In this document: piece after piece, positions 54,004-63,733 of the stretch
Numbering within the stretch: the stretch's first letter is position 1
Layout of the letters: each line of letters begins with the position of its first letter
NCBI GenBank assembly: GCA_947631195.1
Contig: CANRKK010000008.1
Span: forward strand, 1,052-65,051
DNA from: an uncultured Clostridia bacterium
Lineage (GTDB): Bacteria > Bacillota > Clostridia > Christensenellales > Borkfalkiaceae
Direction of reading: 5' to 3'
Length of the DNA: 64,000 bases
Notes under the pieces: model-generated
What the model saw: the letters and a program-made list of their open reading frames with translations, nothing else
What the model was told of the DNA's origin: nothing
Databases searched by the model: none
Position numbers and translations under genes: made by a program

Positions 54004-55689
54004 TTACTTGACGGTGAGGTTCAAAACGCCCATCGCCTCTTTTGCGGTGGTCACGCCGCCGAGCACCAGCCTGCGGCAGCCCTCCGCGATGGCGGAAAAG
54101 CCCGTGCCCTTCACAACTTCTTCAAGCTGCGCGGCGCGCTTTCCCTCCGCTATGGCCCTCTTTACGGCCCTGTCCAAAACCAAAATTTCAAAGACGGCCG
54201 TGCGCCCCGAATAGCCCGTGTGATAGCAGTGCGGGCAGCCCGCGCCGCGGTAAAATTTTACGTCTTTTTTCCCGCGCAGGCCGAACGCCGCCAGCTCAGT
54301 CTCCCCGGGCGCATATTCCTCCTTGCAGTAGGGGCATATTTTGCGCACCAGCCTCTGCGAGATAACGCCGTTGAGCGCGTCGGCTATCAGATAGGGCTCC
54401 ACGCCTATGTCCGCAAGCCTGTCTATGGCGGAGAGCGAGTCGTTGGTATGCACCGTGGACAAAACGAGGTGCCCCGTTATCGCCGAGCGTATCGCTATTG
54501 CCGCCGTCTCCGCGTCGCGGATCTCTCCTATCGCTATTATGTCGGGGTCCTGCCTTAAAACGGCCCTCAGCCCGTTGGCGAACGTGAGCCCCGTCTTTTC
54601 GTTTATCTGCACCTGCGTTACCCCCTCCACGTCGTACTCTATGGGGTCCTCCAGCGTGACGAGATTGGTCTCTTCCGAGTTGAGCGCGCGGATCATCGCG
54701 TACATAGTGGAAGATTTGCCCGAGCCCGTAGGCCCGACGATTAAAAGCATGCCGTGCGCGGAGGCCAGCAGGCTGTCATACTTTTTAAGGTCGTCCCCGT
54801 CCATGCCGAGGGCGCGCGCGTTCAAAAGCTGCGCGGACTTGTCCAGCAGCCGCACTACCGCCTTTTCGCCGTACATGGCGGGCAACGTGGATATGCGCAG
54901 GTCTATTTCCCTGCCGTCCACTATGATGTTGGCGCGGCCGTCCTGCGGAATACGGGACTCGGCTATGTCCATGCCGCCCATTATTTTTATCCTTGACACG
55001 AGGGTGCGTTTCAATTCTTCGGGCACGGACAGCACGGTGCGGAGTTTGCCGTCCACGCGCATGCGCACCGCCACTTCGCCCGCGCGGGGCTCAAAGTGCA
55101 CGTCGCTCGCCCCGTCGTTTGCCGCCCTCTCCAGAATGGAGTTCACCAGCCGCACCGCGGGAGCCGCGTCCGCGTCCCCGGCTATATCCTCGCCCTTTAC
55201 GCTAACGGGGGCCGTGCCCGCGCCGTCGAGCTTCATCTCCTCTATCGCCCGCGCCGCGTCCTCGTTGCCGTACAGCGCGGTTATTGCGTCCTCCACGGCG
55301 GAGGTTGCGGCGATTTTGGGAATCACGTGCCTGCGCGTCGCCGTGCGGACCTCCTCCAGCGCAACAAAATTGAGCGGGTCGGCCATGGCGACGGTCAGCT
55401 CCTCCCCCGTAACCTTGACGGGCACCACCGAATGGCGCTTTGCAATGCTCTGCGGCACTACGGCGGCCAGTTCGACGGGTATCTTTACCGCGGTGAGGTC
55501 GATAAAATCTATGCCGAGCTGTATCTCGAGCGCCTTTATGAGCCGCTGCTCGTCGATTATTCCCTCTTCTATGAGTATCGTGCCGAGGCGCCGTTTGCTC
55601 GTCTTTTGTATTTCCAGCGCCCCTGCGAGCTGTTCAGGCGTGATTGCGCCGTCCTTTACGAGTATGTCTCCCAAACGTAAATATTCCAT
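54004..55689 (-). CDS. pilB: Type IV pilus assembly ATPase (GspE/PilB family)
   Basis: 561 aa. N-terminal GSPII_E_N-like domain (LGDILVKDGAITPEQL). Walker A GPTGSGKSST, Walker B DPDIIAIGEIRD, tetracysteine CPYC..CPHC. Confidence 0.9.
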   Translation of the reverse strand: MEYLRLGDILVKDGAITPEQLAGALEIQKTSKRRLGTILIEEGIIDEQRLIKALEIQLGIDFIDLTAVKIPVELAAVVPQSIAKRHSVVPVKVTGEELTVAMADPLNFVALEEVRTATRRHVIPKIAATSAVEDAITALYGNEDAARAIEEMKLDGAGTAPVSVKGEDIAGDADAAPAVRLVNSILERAANDGASDVHFEPRAGEVAVRMRVDGKLRTVLSVPEELKRTLVSRIKIMGGMDIAESRIPQDGRANIIVDGREIDLRISTLPAMYGEKAVVRLLDKSAQLLNARALGMDGDDLKKYDSLLASAHGMLLIVGPTGSGKSSTMYAMIRALNSEETNLVTLEDPIEYDVEGVTQVQINEKTGLTFANGLRAVLRQDPDIIAIGEIRDAETAAIAIRSAITGHLVLSTVHTNDSLSAIDRLADIGVEPYLIADALNGVISQRLVRKICPYCKEEYAPGETELAAFGLRGKKDVKFYRGAGCPHCYHTGYSGRTAVFEILVLDRAVKRAIAEGKRAAQLEEVVKGTGFSAIAEGCRRLVLGGVTTAKEAMGVLNLTVK

Positions 55690-55732
55690 ACCCTTCCCCT
55701 TTGCGGTCGCCCGCGTAAGTTTATCTTTTTGG

Positions 55733-58408
55733 TTATAATAACAGAGATTTAAGCGCGGCGAGAAGCTGCGGGATATCTATCGGCTTGGCAATGTGCGCGT
55801 TCATTCCGCACTGCTTTGCCTTCTCCCTGTCCTCGGCAAACGCGTTTGCCGTCATCGCCACTATGGGCACCGAGGCAAGTTTTTCGTCCCCGAGGGACCT
55901 TATCGCCTTAGTGGCCTCGTAGCCGTCCATGACGGGCATCTGTATGTCCATGAGCACGAGGTCGTAGGGGTTTTCCGCCGAGCCCGAAACCTTGTCCACG
56001 GCAACCTGCCCGTTTTCGGCCGTATCCACGCCGAAGCCGCTTTCAACCAAAAGTTCCTCGGCAATTTCGCGGTTGAGTTCGTTGTCCTCGACGAGAAGTA
56101 TTCTCTTGCCCGTAAAGGCCCGTATCTCCTCGTCGGTGGCTATGACGCTCTCCTCCGCGGGCTTGTTGCCGCGCTCTATGGCCGAAACGAGCGTGTCGCG
56201 CAGTTCGGAGAGGAAAATGGGCTTGTTGCAGTAGGCCGTAACGCCTATGCCGCGCGCCTCCTCTATTATGGCGGAAACGTCGTACGCCGTTATAATTATT
56301 ATGGGCACGCCCTCCCCGACCGTCTTTCTTATCTGCCGCACCACCTCGAAGCCGCTCAAATCGGGCAGTACCCAGTCAATAATGTACACCGCAAACTCGT
56401 CGCCCAGTTCCACGGCCTGCTGCGCGCGGAGAACGGCCTCCTTGCCGTGCAGCGACCACTCTGGCCGCATGCCTATGCGCACGAGCATCTTGCAGACGCT
56501 GTCGCAGGTGTCGAAGCTGTCGTCCACCACCAGCGCGCGCAAGCCCTTGAGCTCCTGTATCGCCGCGGGGCGCGCGTCGCCCTGTTGCAGGCGGAAACGG
56601 AGATTTATTATAAACTCGGTGCCCTTGTCCTTCTGCGTTTCCACGCGTATGTCGCCGCCCATGGCGTCCACTATGCTCTTGGTTATCGCCATTCCGAGAC
56701 CCGTGCCCTGTATGCCGCTCACCGTGGAGGTGCGCTCCCGCTCGAACGGCTCGAATATATGCACCGCAAACTCGGGGCTCATGCCTATGCCCGTGTCCTT
56801 TACGCGTATCTCGTAGGCGCCGTAGCCCTGCGGCGCGCCCGCCTTCTGCCGTACGGTGAGGGAAACCGACCCGCCCGCGGGCGTAAACTTTATGGCGTTG
56901 GACAAGAGGTTGAGGAGCACCTGGTTCACGTGCAGTTTGTCGCAATATATGTTTTCGTCTATCACGTCGAGGGTGTCCATATAGAAGTTGAGCTGTTTGC
57001 TCTTCATCTGCGTCTGGATGATATTCCTCATGTCGCGGAATATATCCGATATCGTACACTCCTTTTCCTCTATGTTCAGTTTGCCGCTCTCTATCCTCGA
57101 CATGTCGAGTATATCGTTTATCAGCGAAAGCAGATGGTTGCCCGACGAAAGAATCTTTTTCAGGTAGTCCTGCACCCGCTCCCTGTTGTCTATGTTGGTC
57201 TCCGCGAGGGCGGTGTAGCCCAAAATGGCGTTCATCGGCGTCCTTATGTCGTGGGACATGTTCGAAAGGAACAGCGTTTTGGCGCGTTCGGCCGCCTCCG
57301 CCTTGTGGAGTTTTTCCTCGAGCAAGGCCCTCTCCACCTGTTGTTGCACGGCCTTTCCCGAATTGTATCGCACGAAGAAGAAATACGCCGCAAGGGCCGC
57401 CGCGTACAGCACGCCCACCACTATAAACACCGTGCGCACCTGTCCCACGCTGCCGAACGCCGCTTCCTCGGACACGACTATGCATATCTCCCACTGGTCC
57501 TTTACGGCGCCGCCCGCGGGCGAATAATAAAAATACAGCCATTCCCCCGTGCTCTGCGATTTGATCCGCGAATAGCCCTTTTGCAGGTTCAGGATATCTT
57601 TCTGTATTTCCGCGGACGACTTGCCGTCTGTCTGCCTGAACCCGTAGTCGTACAGCGATTGGAGCACGTAGGACGAATCGTAAACGGGCTCGCCCGTGAC
57701 GGGGTCCCTGTTCGCGACGTGCCAGGTGTCCATTATGGTCTCTTTCCCCTCGCTCTTCACGTCGAAAATCAAAACGCTCGCGTTGGAGTTATATACGTTG
57801 TCTATGCGCAGCGTTGAGGGCAACCGGAAAAGGGGGGTCACGCCGTAGAGCATGGCCACAATCTGCCCCTCCCTTTCGATCGGCACGAAGTGGGCTATAA
57901 TCTGGATGTCGGCATACTCGTCTATGCGGCTGTTGAGCCTGCCCGAAATATGCTCCTCCCGCGCCTCCTCGGCAAACTTGAAGCGGTGCGTATCCACAAC
58001 CGACATCGAGTCGTCGGGCAAAATAACCGTGTCGTCGGGCAAAAGGATCCTCAGCCTCATGGACTGCTGCAGGGGCTTAAGCTCGAACAGCGTCGCGCGC
58101 AGCTTGTCCTTGTCGGGCTCCGCGCTCAAAAAGGCGTCCGACCCCGACACTATCTCGGCAAGGGAAGCCAACACTTCCCCGTCCCGCTGGAATTTGGAAT
58201 TTATCTGGTCCACAACGGTATTCATGGCGTCGTCGAACTGGTCCATGCCGCGGCTGCGCACTATGTCGTCGCAGCAAAAATAGGCCGTTATAATCCCCGC
58301 GAGCACTACGAGCGTTATTATCAGCGTGGCGACTATGTTGTTCCTGCCCACTATTATCTGTTTTATTTTTTTAAAAAAGTTTTTTACCGTATGTTTTTTT
58401 TCAGGCAT
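55733..58408 (-). CDS. Hybrid sensor histidine kinase with two receiver domains, embedded in the pilus operon
   Basis: 891 aa. Two TM segments flank an extracytoplasmic domain of about 290 aa. H-box FLSNMSHDIRTPMNAI, GTGLGMAI. REC domains (..IIDWVLPDLSG.. and ..LMDIQMPVMDG..). Confidence 0.85.
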   Translation of the reverse strand: MPEKKHTVKNFFKKIKQIIVGRNNIVATLIITLVVLAGIITAYFCCDDIVRSRGMDQFDDAMNTVVDQINSKFQRDGEVLASLAEIVSGSDAFLSAEPDKDKLRATLFELKPLQQSMRLRILLPDDTVILPDDSMSVVDTHRFKFAEEAREEHISGRLNSRIDEYADIQIIAHFVPIEREGQIVAMLYGVTPLFRLPSTLRIDNVYNSNASVLIFDVKSEGKETIMDTWHVANRDPVTGEPVYDSSYVLQSLYDYGFRQTDGKSSAEIQKDILNLQKGYSRIKSQSTGEWLYFYYSPAGGAVKDQWEICIVVSEEAAFGSVGQVRTVFIVVGVLYAAALAAYFFFVRYNSGKAVQQQVERALLEEKLHKAEAAERAKTLFLSNMSHDIRTPMNAILGYTALAETNIDNRERVQDYLKKILSSGNHLLSLINDILDMSRIESGKLNIEEKECTISDIFRDMRNIIQTQMKSKQLNFYMDTLDVIDENIYCDKLHVNQVLLNLLSNAIKFTPAGGSVSLTVRQKAGAPQGYGAYEIRVKDTGIGMSPEFAVHIFEPFERERTSTVSGIQGTGLGMAITKSIVDAMGGDIRVETQKDKGTEFIINLRFRLQQGDARPAAIQELKGLRALVVDDSFDTCDSVCKMLVRIGMRPEWSLHGKEAVLRAQQAVELGDEFAVYIIDWVLPDLSGFEVVRQIRKTVGEGVPIIIITAYDVSAIIEEARGIGVTAYCNKPIFLSELRDTLVSAIERGNKPAEESVIATDEEIRAFTGKRILLVEDNELNREIAEELLVESGFGVDTAENGQVAVDKVSGSAENPYDLVLMDIQMPVMDGYEATKAIRSLGDEKLASVPIVAMTANAFAEDREKAKQCGMNAHIAKPIDIPQLLAALKSLLL

Positions 58409-58440
58409 AACCTTTTACCCCGGGGCCGCGCGGCCGAAAC

Positions 58441-58803
58441 TCAGCCCTGCAATGATTTTTCAAATTCGGCTATCGCCCCCGCGGTGCGTTCATAATCCGC
58501 GCGCACGGCGGGCAGGTACTTGCCGCATTCCGCGAGACTCCCCCCGCGCAGCGCTTCCGTAAGGGCCGACGACGATTTTTCAAGGGCGGTAAAGCCGAGA
58601 TTCTGGCACATGCCCTTTATGGTGTGGGCGGCGCGGAACGCTTCGGCCGCGTTGCCCTCCCCAACCGACTTCAGCAAAAGCCGGTAGCTTCCGTCCTGCG
58701 GGAATTTAAGCAGAAATTTTTGCACCAGCCGCTCGCTGCGCAGCCTGCCGACAACGCCCGCATAGTCCCCGCCGAGTTTTAAGTAACATTCTTCGAGATT
58801 CAC
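58441..58803 (-). CDS. Hpt (histidine phosphotransfer) domain protein
   Basis: 120 aa. AAHTIKGMCQNLG (HxxKG phospho-His motif). Confidence 0.75.
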   Translation of the reverse strand: MNLEECYLKLGGDYAGVVGRLRSERLVQKFLLKFPQDGSYRLLLKSVGEGNAAEAFRAAHTIKGMCQNLGFTALEKSSSALTEALRGGSLAECGKYLPAVRADYERTAGAIAEFEKSLQG

Positions 58804-60857
58804 TCTCCACCTTCCGTTTGTCCCCCGTGCGGGACGATATTTTTTATATCCGAAGCGAACACGTAGGCGCCCCGTCCGGCTTCCTTCGCCGCATACAGCG
58901 CGGCGTCTGCCAGTTTAAACAGTTCCTCGTACGTCTGCCCGCTCTCCGTCATTTCGGCGACGCCCATGCTGACCGTCACTTCGCAGCCGTCCACTTCCCC
59001 GCAGATCGTCTTAAACACGCGGGCGATTATGGGCCGCAGCTCCGTAACGTAGTCGAAAACTATCAAAAACTCGTCGCCGCCTATCCTCGCGCAGACGTCG
59101 TGCACGCGCGTGCCGTGCACCAGCCTTTCGGACACTTCCTTAAGCACCCTGTCGCCGAACATGTGGCCGTTTTCGTCGTTTACGTTTTTAAACTTGTCCA
59201 CGTCGAACACCGCCACGGCGTATTTGTGCGCGGGGAAATTATTGAATTTGTGCTTCAGCTCCTCGGCCGCGCCCTCGCGGTTCAAAAGCCCCGTCAGCGG
59301 GTCGCGTATGGACTTTTCTTTGAGTTCGCTCATTGCAAGGTGGGTGTCGTGCACGTCCATAATCTTGCCTATCACGCCCTCCGCGGCCCCCGCGTCGGAG
59401 TAGAACACGCGTATGAATATGTTGTACCACCTCCGCGCGCCGCCTATCGGCAGTTCGCACTCGTGCTTGAATTCGGGCGAGGCGGGCGAAGTTTTTTGTA
59501 TCAGCGATTCAAATTTTTTAAACCAGCCGCTCACGCCGAACGCCTCTTTTAAGGCGGGATCGGCGGCGGGGTTAACCACTTCCTGCGGCACGCCCAGCTT
59601 TTTCGCCCCCCACGGCGAGAGCTTGAACAGGTCGTCCGCCGCGGTATATTCAAACTGTATCTCCTCGCTCAGTTCGGCAAAGAAGTTGAACTTCATCCGC
59701 TCGTAGTCCAAAAGTTTTAAGGTGCGGTCCGAAGCGGCCTGCCTCGCCGAGGGGAGAGGACCGAGCCTTCTTTTTATGTCCTCCGCGGCGGTTTCGGCGC
59801 CGCTCGCCGCGAGCGCCTGCCTTATGCCCCCGAAATCTTCCGACAAACACTCCAAAAGCAGGGGATTAAAGGCTCCGCACTGCCCCGAAAGTATCATCTT
59901 CATCGCCTCGCCGTGGGAAAACGCGGGCTTGTACACTCGCTTGGAAGTCAGTGCGTCGTACACGTCGGCTATGGCGACTATCTGGGCGGAAATGGGGATA
60001 TCGTCCCCCTTTAATCCGTCGGGATAGCCGCTCCCGTCCCACCTCTCGTGGTGCCAGCGGCTTATCTCGTATGCGTAGCGCACTATGGGGTTGCCGCCGT
60101 TTACGCTCAGCTCCTGCAGCATGTTCGCACCTATCATGCTGTGCGTTTTCATCACCCCGTACTCCTCTTCGGTGAGTTTGCCGGGCTTGTTGAGTATCTT
60201 ATCGTCTATCCCTATCTTGCCTATGTCGTGCAGGGCCGAGGCCATGCTTATGACGGGGATATCCTGTTCGGAAACGGGGTAGCGGTCGGTCTTTTTTATG
60301 AGCCTTCTCAGCAAAAAAGCCGTCAGGGCGCGCACGTGCCGTATGTGCAGGCCGCTCTCGCCGTTTCTGAACTCCACGATATGGCTCAAAATATCAACCA
60401 TGTCGCTGCTGTTTTGTTCCTTTTCGCGTATCTGCTCCTCGATTATCCCCACGAGTTTGCGCTGTTTCGCGTACAAAAATATGGTGTTGAGCACGCGGCG
60501 GTGGACTATGGAGGCGTCGAACGGCCGCATGATAAAGTCCGTCGCGCCAAGCTCGTACGCCCTTTCTATCTGTTCCGAAGCCGTTTCGGAGGAAACCATA
60601 ATCACGGGCAAATCCTCCATCATGCCCCTCTTTTTCATCTCGGCGAGCACGGCAAAACCGTCGGCTTTGGGCATGACTATGTCGAGCAGGACGAGCGAAA
60701 ACCTGTCCGCCCCGCCCGCGAGCACGGCAAGCGCCGCCTCCCCGTCCTCGGCCTCCTCCGTCTCAAATTCGTCGGACAGCATGTCGGCAAGAATGGAGCG
60801 GTTCATCTCCGAGTCGTCAACTATGAGTATCCTTTCTTTAGCTTGTCTTTTTTGCAT
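58800..60857 (-). CDS. Response regulator REC - HD-GYP - sensor-like linker - GGDEF (c-di-GMP phosphodiesterase / diguanylate cyclase)
   Basis: 685 aa. REC (ILIVDDSEMN..LLDIVMPKADG). HD-GYP (ALHDIGK..HHERWDGSGYP). GGDEF (FDVDKFKNVNDENGH..RIGGDEFLIVF), preceded by RVHD at the I-site position. Confidence 0.85.
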   Translation of the reverse strand: MQKRQAKERILIVDDSEMNRSILADMLSDEFETEEAEDGEAALAVLAGGADRFSLVLLDIVMPKADGFAVLAEMKKRGMMEDLPVIMVSSETASEQIERAYELGATDFIMRPFDASIVHRRVLNTIFLYAKQRKLVGIIEEQIREKEQNSSDMVDILSHIVEFRNGESGLHIRHVRALTAFLLRRLIKKTDRYPVSEQDIPVISMASALHDIGKIGIDDKILNKPGKLTEEEYGVMKTHSMIGANMLQELSVNGGNPIVRYAYEISRWHHERWDGSGYPDGLKGDDIPISAQIVAIADVYDALTSKRVYKPAFSHGEAMKMILSGQCGAFNPLLLECLSEDFGGIRQALAASGAETAAEDIKRRLGPLPSARQAASDRTLKLLDYERMKFNFFAELSEEIQFEYTAADDLFKLSPWGAKKLGVPQEVVNPAADPALKEAFGVSGWFKKFESLIQKTSPASPEFKHECELPIGGARRWYNIFIRVFYSDAGAAEGVIGKIMDVHDTHLAMSELKEKSIRDPLTGLLNREGAAEELKHKFNNFPAHKYAVAVFDVDKFKNVNDENGHMFGDRVLKEVSERLVHGTRVHDVCARIGGDEFLIVFDYVTELRPIIARVFKTICGEVDGCEVTVSMGVAEMTESGQTYEELFKLADAALYAAKEAGRGAYVFASDIKNIVPHGGQTEGGE

Positions 60858-60883
60858 TTTTCAGCCCCGAAAATATTGTTTGC

Positions 60884-61369
60884 CTATGCCGCGAGTTTAT
60901 TGCAAAGCGGCACCACCGCGGCGCTGTTTTTCCACAGCGGGGACCCGCTTTTATCCACTATTTCCACCGATATGTCCACGGACGGGCCGCCTATCGTAAA
61001 GGTGAGCGCGCCCACCGCAAGGTCCCCGTAGACTACGCTGCCGAGGGGGCGGTAAAACTCCGAACCGCTTATCACCACCAGCTCGCCGCCGTCGAGGGTG
61101 ATGGTGCAGTTTTCGCCGTAGGAGGAGCTGTCCAGCGTTATGCTGTCCCCCCCGCCGCCGAAGTTGGAGCCGTAGCGCAGCTCGCCGCAGACAATCTCCA
61201 TCACGTCCGAACCGAGCGCGGCCGCGCGGCCCGACGAGGCAATCTGCCCGCCCGACGCCCACGCAGAAGCCAGCCCCGCCGCGGCAATCGCCACAAAAAG
61301 GGCCAGAACTCCCGCCGCCACCAGCGTTTCCGCCAACGTTACGCCGTTGCTTTTAAGCAGCTTTTTCAT
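60884..61369 (-). CDS. Minor (pseudo)pilin with prepilin-type signal
   Basis: MKKLLKSNG/VTLAETLVAAGVLALFVAIA (Gly-1, Glu+5). Confidence 0.65.
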   Translation of the reverse strand: MKKLLKSNGVTLAETLVAAGVLALFVAIAAAGLASAWASGGQIASSGRAAALGSDVMEIVCGELRYGSNFGGGGDSITLDSSSYGENCTITLDGGELVVISGSEFYRPLGSVVYGDLAVGALTFTIGGPSVDISVEIVDKSGSPLWKNSAAVVPLCNKLAA

Positions 61370-61677
61370 CGGCTCTCCCCTAATCGGTAGGACGTAAACC
61401 CGCCGCCGTACCTGTCGGTTTCGGCTTCGACGACGCTTCCGTCCTCGCCCGTTATATACACGTTTAAATTTTCGCCCGAAGGCCCGCCGTTTTCCGTTTC
61501 GGTGACGGCCCCGTAGTAGTTTTGGTCGCTCTCCTTCGCAAAGAGATTCAATCTGAACGCCGCCGAAAGCGTAACAGCCGCCACAAGGCAGCCGAGCGCG
61601 GCCACGAGCACGGCCACGAGAATTTCCGCCAGCGTTTCGCCCTTTTCGGAGCGCAATTTTTCAGTTATTCTGCGCAT
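61366..61677 (-). CDS. Minor (pseudo)pilin with prepilin-type signal
   Basis: ..LRSEKG/ETLAEILVAVLVAALGCLVAA. 4-nt overlap with the downstream gene. Confidence 0.6.
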   Translation of the reverse strand: MRRITEKLRSEKGETLAEILVAVLVAALGCLVAAVTLSAAFRLNLFAKESDQNYYGAVTETENGGPSGENLNVYITGEDGSVVEAETDRYGGGFTSYRLGESR

Positions 61678-61689
61678 AGCCGCCCTCCC

Positions 61690-62493
61690 CTATATTTCCG
61701 TGCGGGACATCGTTATGTTTTTCTTTTCCCACTTTACTTTCAAGCTCTTGGTGCGGGTCACGGTCTCGCCCGTCTGACCGCCGCGGGAAGTTTGCACGTC
61801 TTCCTCCACGGTGGCCTCCCAGTACATTTTTACGGCATACGGCTCGCCGCCGCCCGCCGCAAGCAGGAAGGTGAGATTGTAACTGCCCTCCATTTGCAGC
61901 GAAACCGTCACTTCTTCAAGCCCCTCCGCGCCCACCGTAAAATTCTGCACGACCGCGTCGGGCGTCGGGCTGCCTTCGTAGGGATTGCCCCCCATCCGCT
62001 CGTACCACTCCTGCGGTATCGAGAGGCGGGGCGCCAGACTGTCGCACCGCAACCCGATAAGCTCCGCCATGGAGCTTGCCGCCATATCTTCCCTCGCGGC
62101 GTACAGGCGCGGGCTCTCGTCCGCGGCGTGCGGAATACCGAAAGTCCGCCCGCACTCCGACAAATCCGTTATGCCGTCCTGCGGGAGGGTGCCACGCTTG
62201 AATATGTTCAGCCCGCAAGCGTAGTCCTGCCCGTCCTCGGCAGGCTGCGTCTCAAAAAAAACCACGTTGTCCAGCCCGTACTCCATTCCGTCGAATATGT
62301 CCGCCAGAAGCAGGGCCGCCGATGTGACGGTGTAGTAGGACTGTCCGTCCCGCTTGCCGCCCGCATACCGCCCCGCGTTTGCCGAAGCCGTAGCCAGCGC
62401 CAGAGAACCCGCCAAAGCGCAGACTAAAAATATTATCAGCGCAACCGCCAGAGAGGCGCCGCGCTTAAAGTTTTTGCAAACAGGTTTAATCAA
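61690..62493 (-). CDS. PilX-like pilus-associated protein (N-terminal hydrophobic helix without Glu+5)
   Basis: ..NFKRG/ASLAVALIIFLVCALAGSLALATASA. Assigned by position among the minor pilins. Confidence 0.45.
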   Translation of the reverse strand: MIKPVCKNFKRGASLAVALIIFLVCALAGSLALATASANAGRYAGGKRDGQSYYTVTSAALLLADIFDGMEYGLDNVVFFETQPAEDGQDYACGLNIFKRGTLPQDGITDLSECGRTFGIPHAADESPRLYAAREDMAASSMAELIGLRCDSLAPRLSIPQEWYERMGGNPYEGSPTPDAVVQNFTVGAEGLEEVTVSLQMEGSYNLTFLLAAGGGEPYAVKMYWEATVEEDVQTSRGGQTGETVTRTKSLKVKWEKKNITMSRTEI

Positions 62494-62494
62494 C

Positions 62495-63628
62495 TTACGC
62501 CCCCGCCGTTCCGCCGTCCGCCGCGGAGCGGCTATCGAATATCAACGAACTGCTGCGGGGAACGCAGGCGCGGTTTATCCCGCCGTCCTCCGCAAGACAA
62601 AACACCGTTACCGTCACGCGCACGGGCCCGCCCGCGGTAAACCCGCAGGGATGGCCGCCCGTATTCCCGGCAAAAGCCTTGGTGCGCGCCGCCCAGTCGG
62701 AAAATTTGCCCGCGGGGGGATTTGCAGAAGGCGCGCCGCCCGCGTCCGCCAAATGGGCGTAGGCCAAATTGCCCTCGCCGCCGCAATTCAGAATTATCTT
62801 ATAATATTCCCCCGCAACCACGCCGTGCAGACTTTGGTCTACCGCGTTTCCGCCGTAGGAATAGGACCTGTACACCGCAGTGTCGTCGGGAGTGAGAGCG
62901 GGATATACCGTGTTGCCCGCCCCGTCTTTTACCGCGCCGTAAACCAGCCCTTCCGCGTCCTCGAGGCACACGCGCACCGCAAGGCGCCCGCTTGCCTTTC
63001 CGTCCTCCGCCTTAGGCAGATATATCGACAGGGTTAAATTTTCGCCGTCGGAGAGAGTTATCGCGGGAACGGGCAGCGTCTCCGCCGCCAAAATTCCCCC
63101 GTCCGCGTCCCCCGAACAGTAACCCACGCCTTCGGCCCTGCGCCCCGCGGGATCGCCCGCAAGAGAAGCAAGATATCCGGCGGTGGTCTCCCTAAAAATT
63201 TTGCCGCTCCAGAAAGCCTCCCCCACGGCGCCGCTGACGGAGGAAAACCCCACGGCAAAAAAGCCTTCGGCGACGGATTGGTCGGCCGCCCCCGCGGGGA
63301 GAAGTTCGTCCATCTCGGGATTGCGCGCAACGCTTTCGCTCTGCACCGCGTAGCTGAATACGTAGCGGTAGCCGCCTTCGCCCCCGCCTTCCGCGGACAC
63401 GCCCATGGTGCGGGTCTTTGCCAGCCCGCCGCCGCTCATCGAGGCAAGCCTGCCCTGTACGGCAACGGCTATCGTCTTGGCATTGTTGTCGTTGTTCGCT
63501 CCCTCAAGCCCGCGCGGATTGATAAACGCCGCGCCCAGCGCCGCCAAAACGGAGGCGAGCGCAACCACTATCAGCAATTCCGCAAGCGTGAAACCGCAGT
63601 TTTTATATAGTTTTTTTATACGGTCCAT
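62495..63628 (-). CDS. Large (377-aa) prepilin-type protein, first gene of the pilus operon
   Basis: MDRIKKLYKNCG/FTLAELLIVVALASVLAALGAAF. Start chosen at ATG 63628 (GGGGGA upstream); the track start 63643 adds 5 aa. Confidence 0.6.
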   Translation of the reverse strand: MDRIKKLYKNCGFTLAELLIVVALASVLAALGAAFINPRGLEGANNDNNAKTIAVAVQGRLASMSGGGLAKTRTMGVSAEGGGEGGYRYVFSYAVQSESVARNPEMDELLPAGAADQSVAEGFFAVGFSSVSGAVGEAFWSGKIFRETTAGYLASLAGDPAGRRAEGVGYCSGDADGGILAAETLPVPAITLSDGENLTLSIYLPKAEDGKASGRLAVRVCLEDAEGLVYGAVKDGAGNTVYPALTPDDTAVYRSYSYGGNAVDQSLHGVVAGEYYKIILNCGGEGNLAYAHLADAGGAPSANPPAGKFSDWAARTKAFAGNTGGHPCGFTAGGPVRVTVTVFCLAEDGGINRACVPRSSSLIFDSRSAADGGTAGA

Positions 63629-63733
63629 CTGCGGTTCCCCCATAAACGCCCGCCGCGTTCACACTTATTTTGCCCGCAATATGCGGACTGTTTGCGCCTT
63701 TTTTAAAAATATGAGGCGGGCAAGCCGTACCTC

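Noticed and set aside
55793-57817. 674-aa plus-strand ORF, and similar long ORFs elsewhere (11612..12904, 45004..46167, 54407..55738, 47892..48815, 27187..28185, 32625..33689, 34531..35532, 60048..61031)
   Set aside because: All are antisense to genes with strong family motifs (kinases, pullulanase, PilB, SBP, cluster genes). Their translations are repetitive and R/A/G/V/H-rich, and none has a plausible RBS or domain signature.
63629-63733. Calling the pilus-operon leader a c-di-GMP riboswitch
   Set aside because: I could not align it by eye to the conserved cores of either the GEMM-I or the c-di-GMP-II class. It is kept only as a low-interest structured-leader observation that needs a covariance-model scan.
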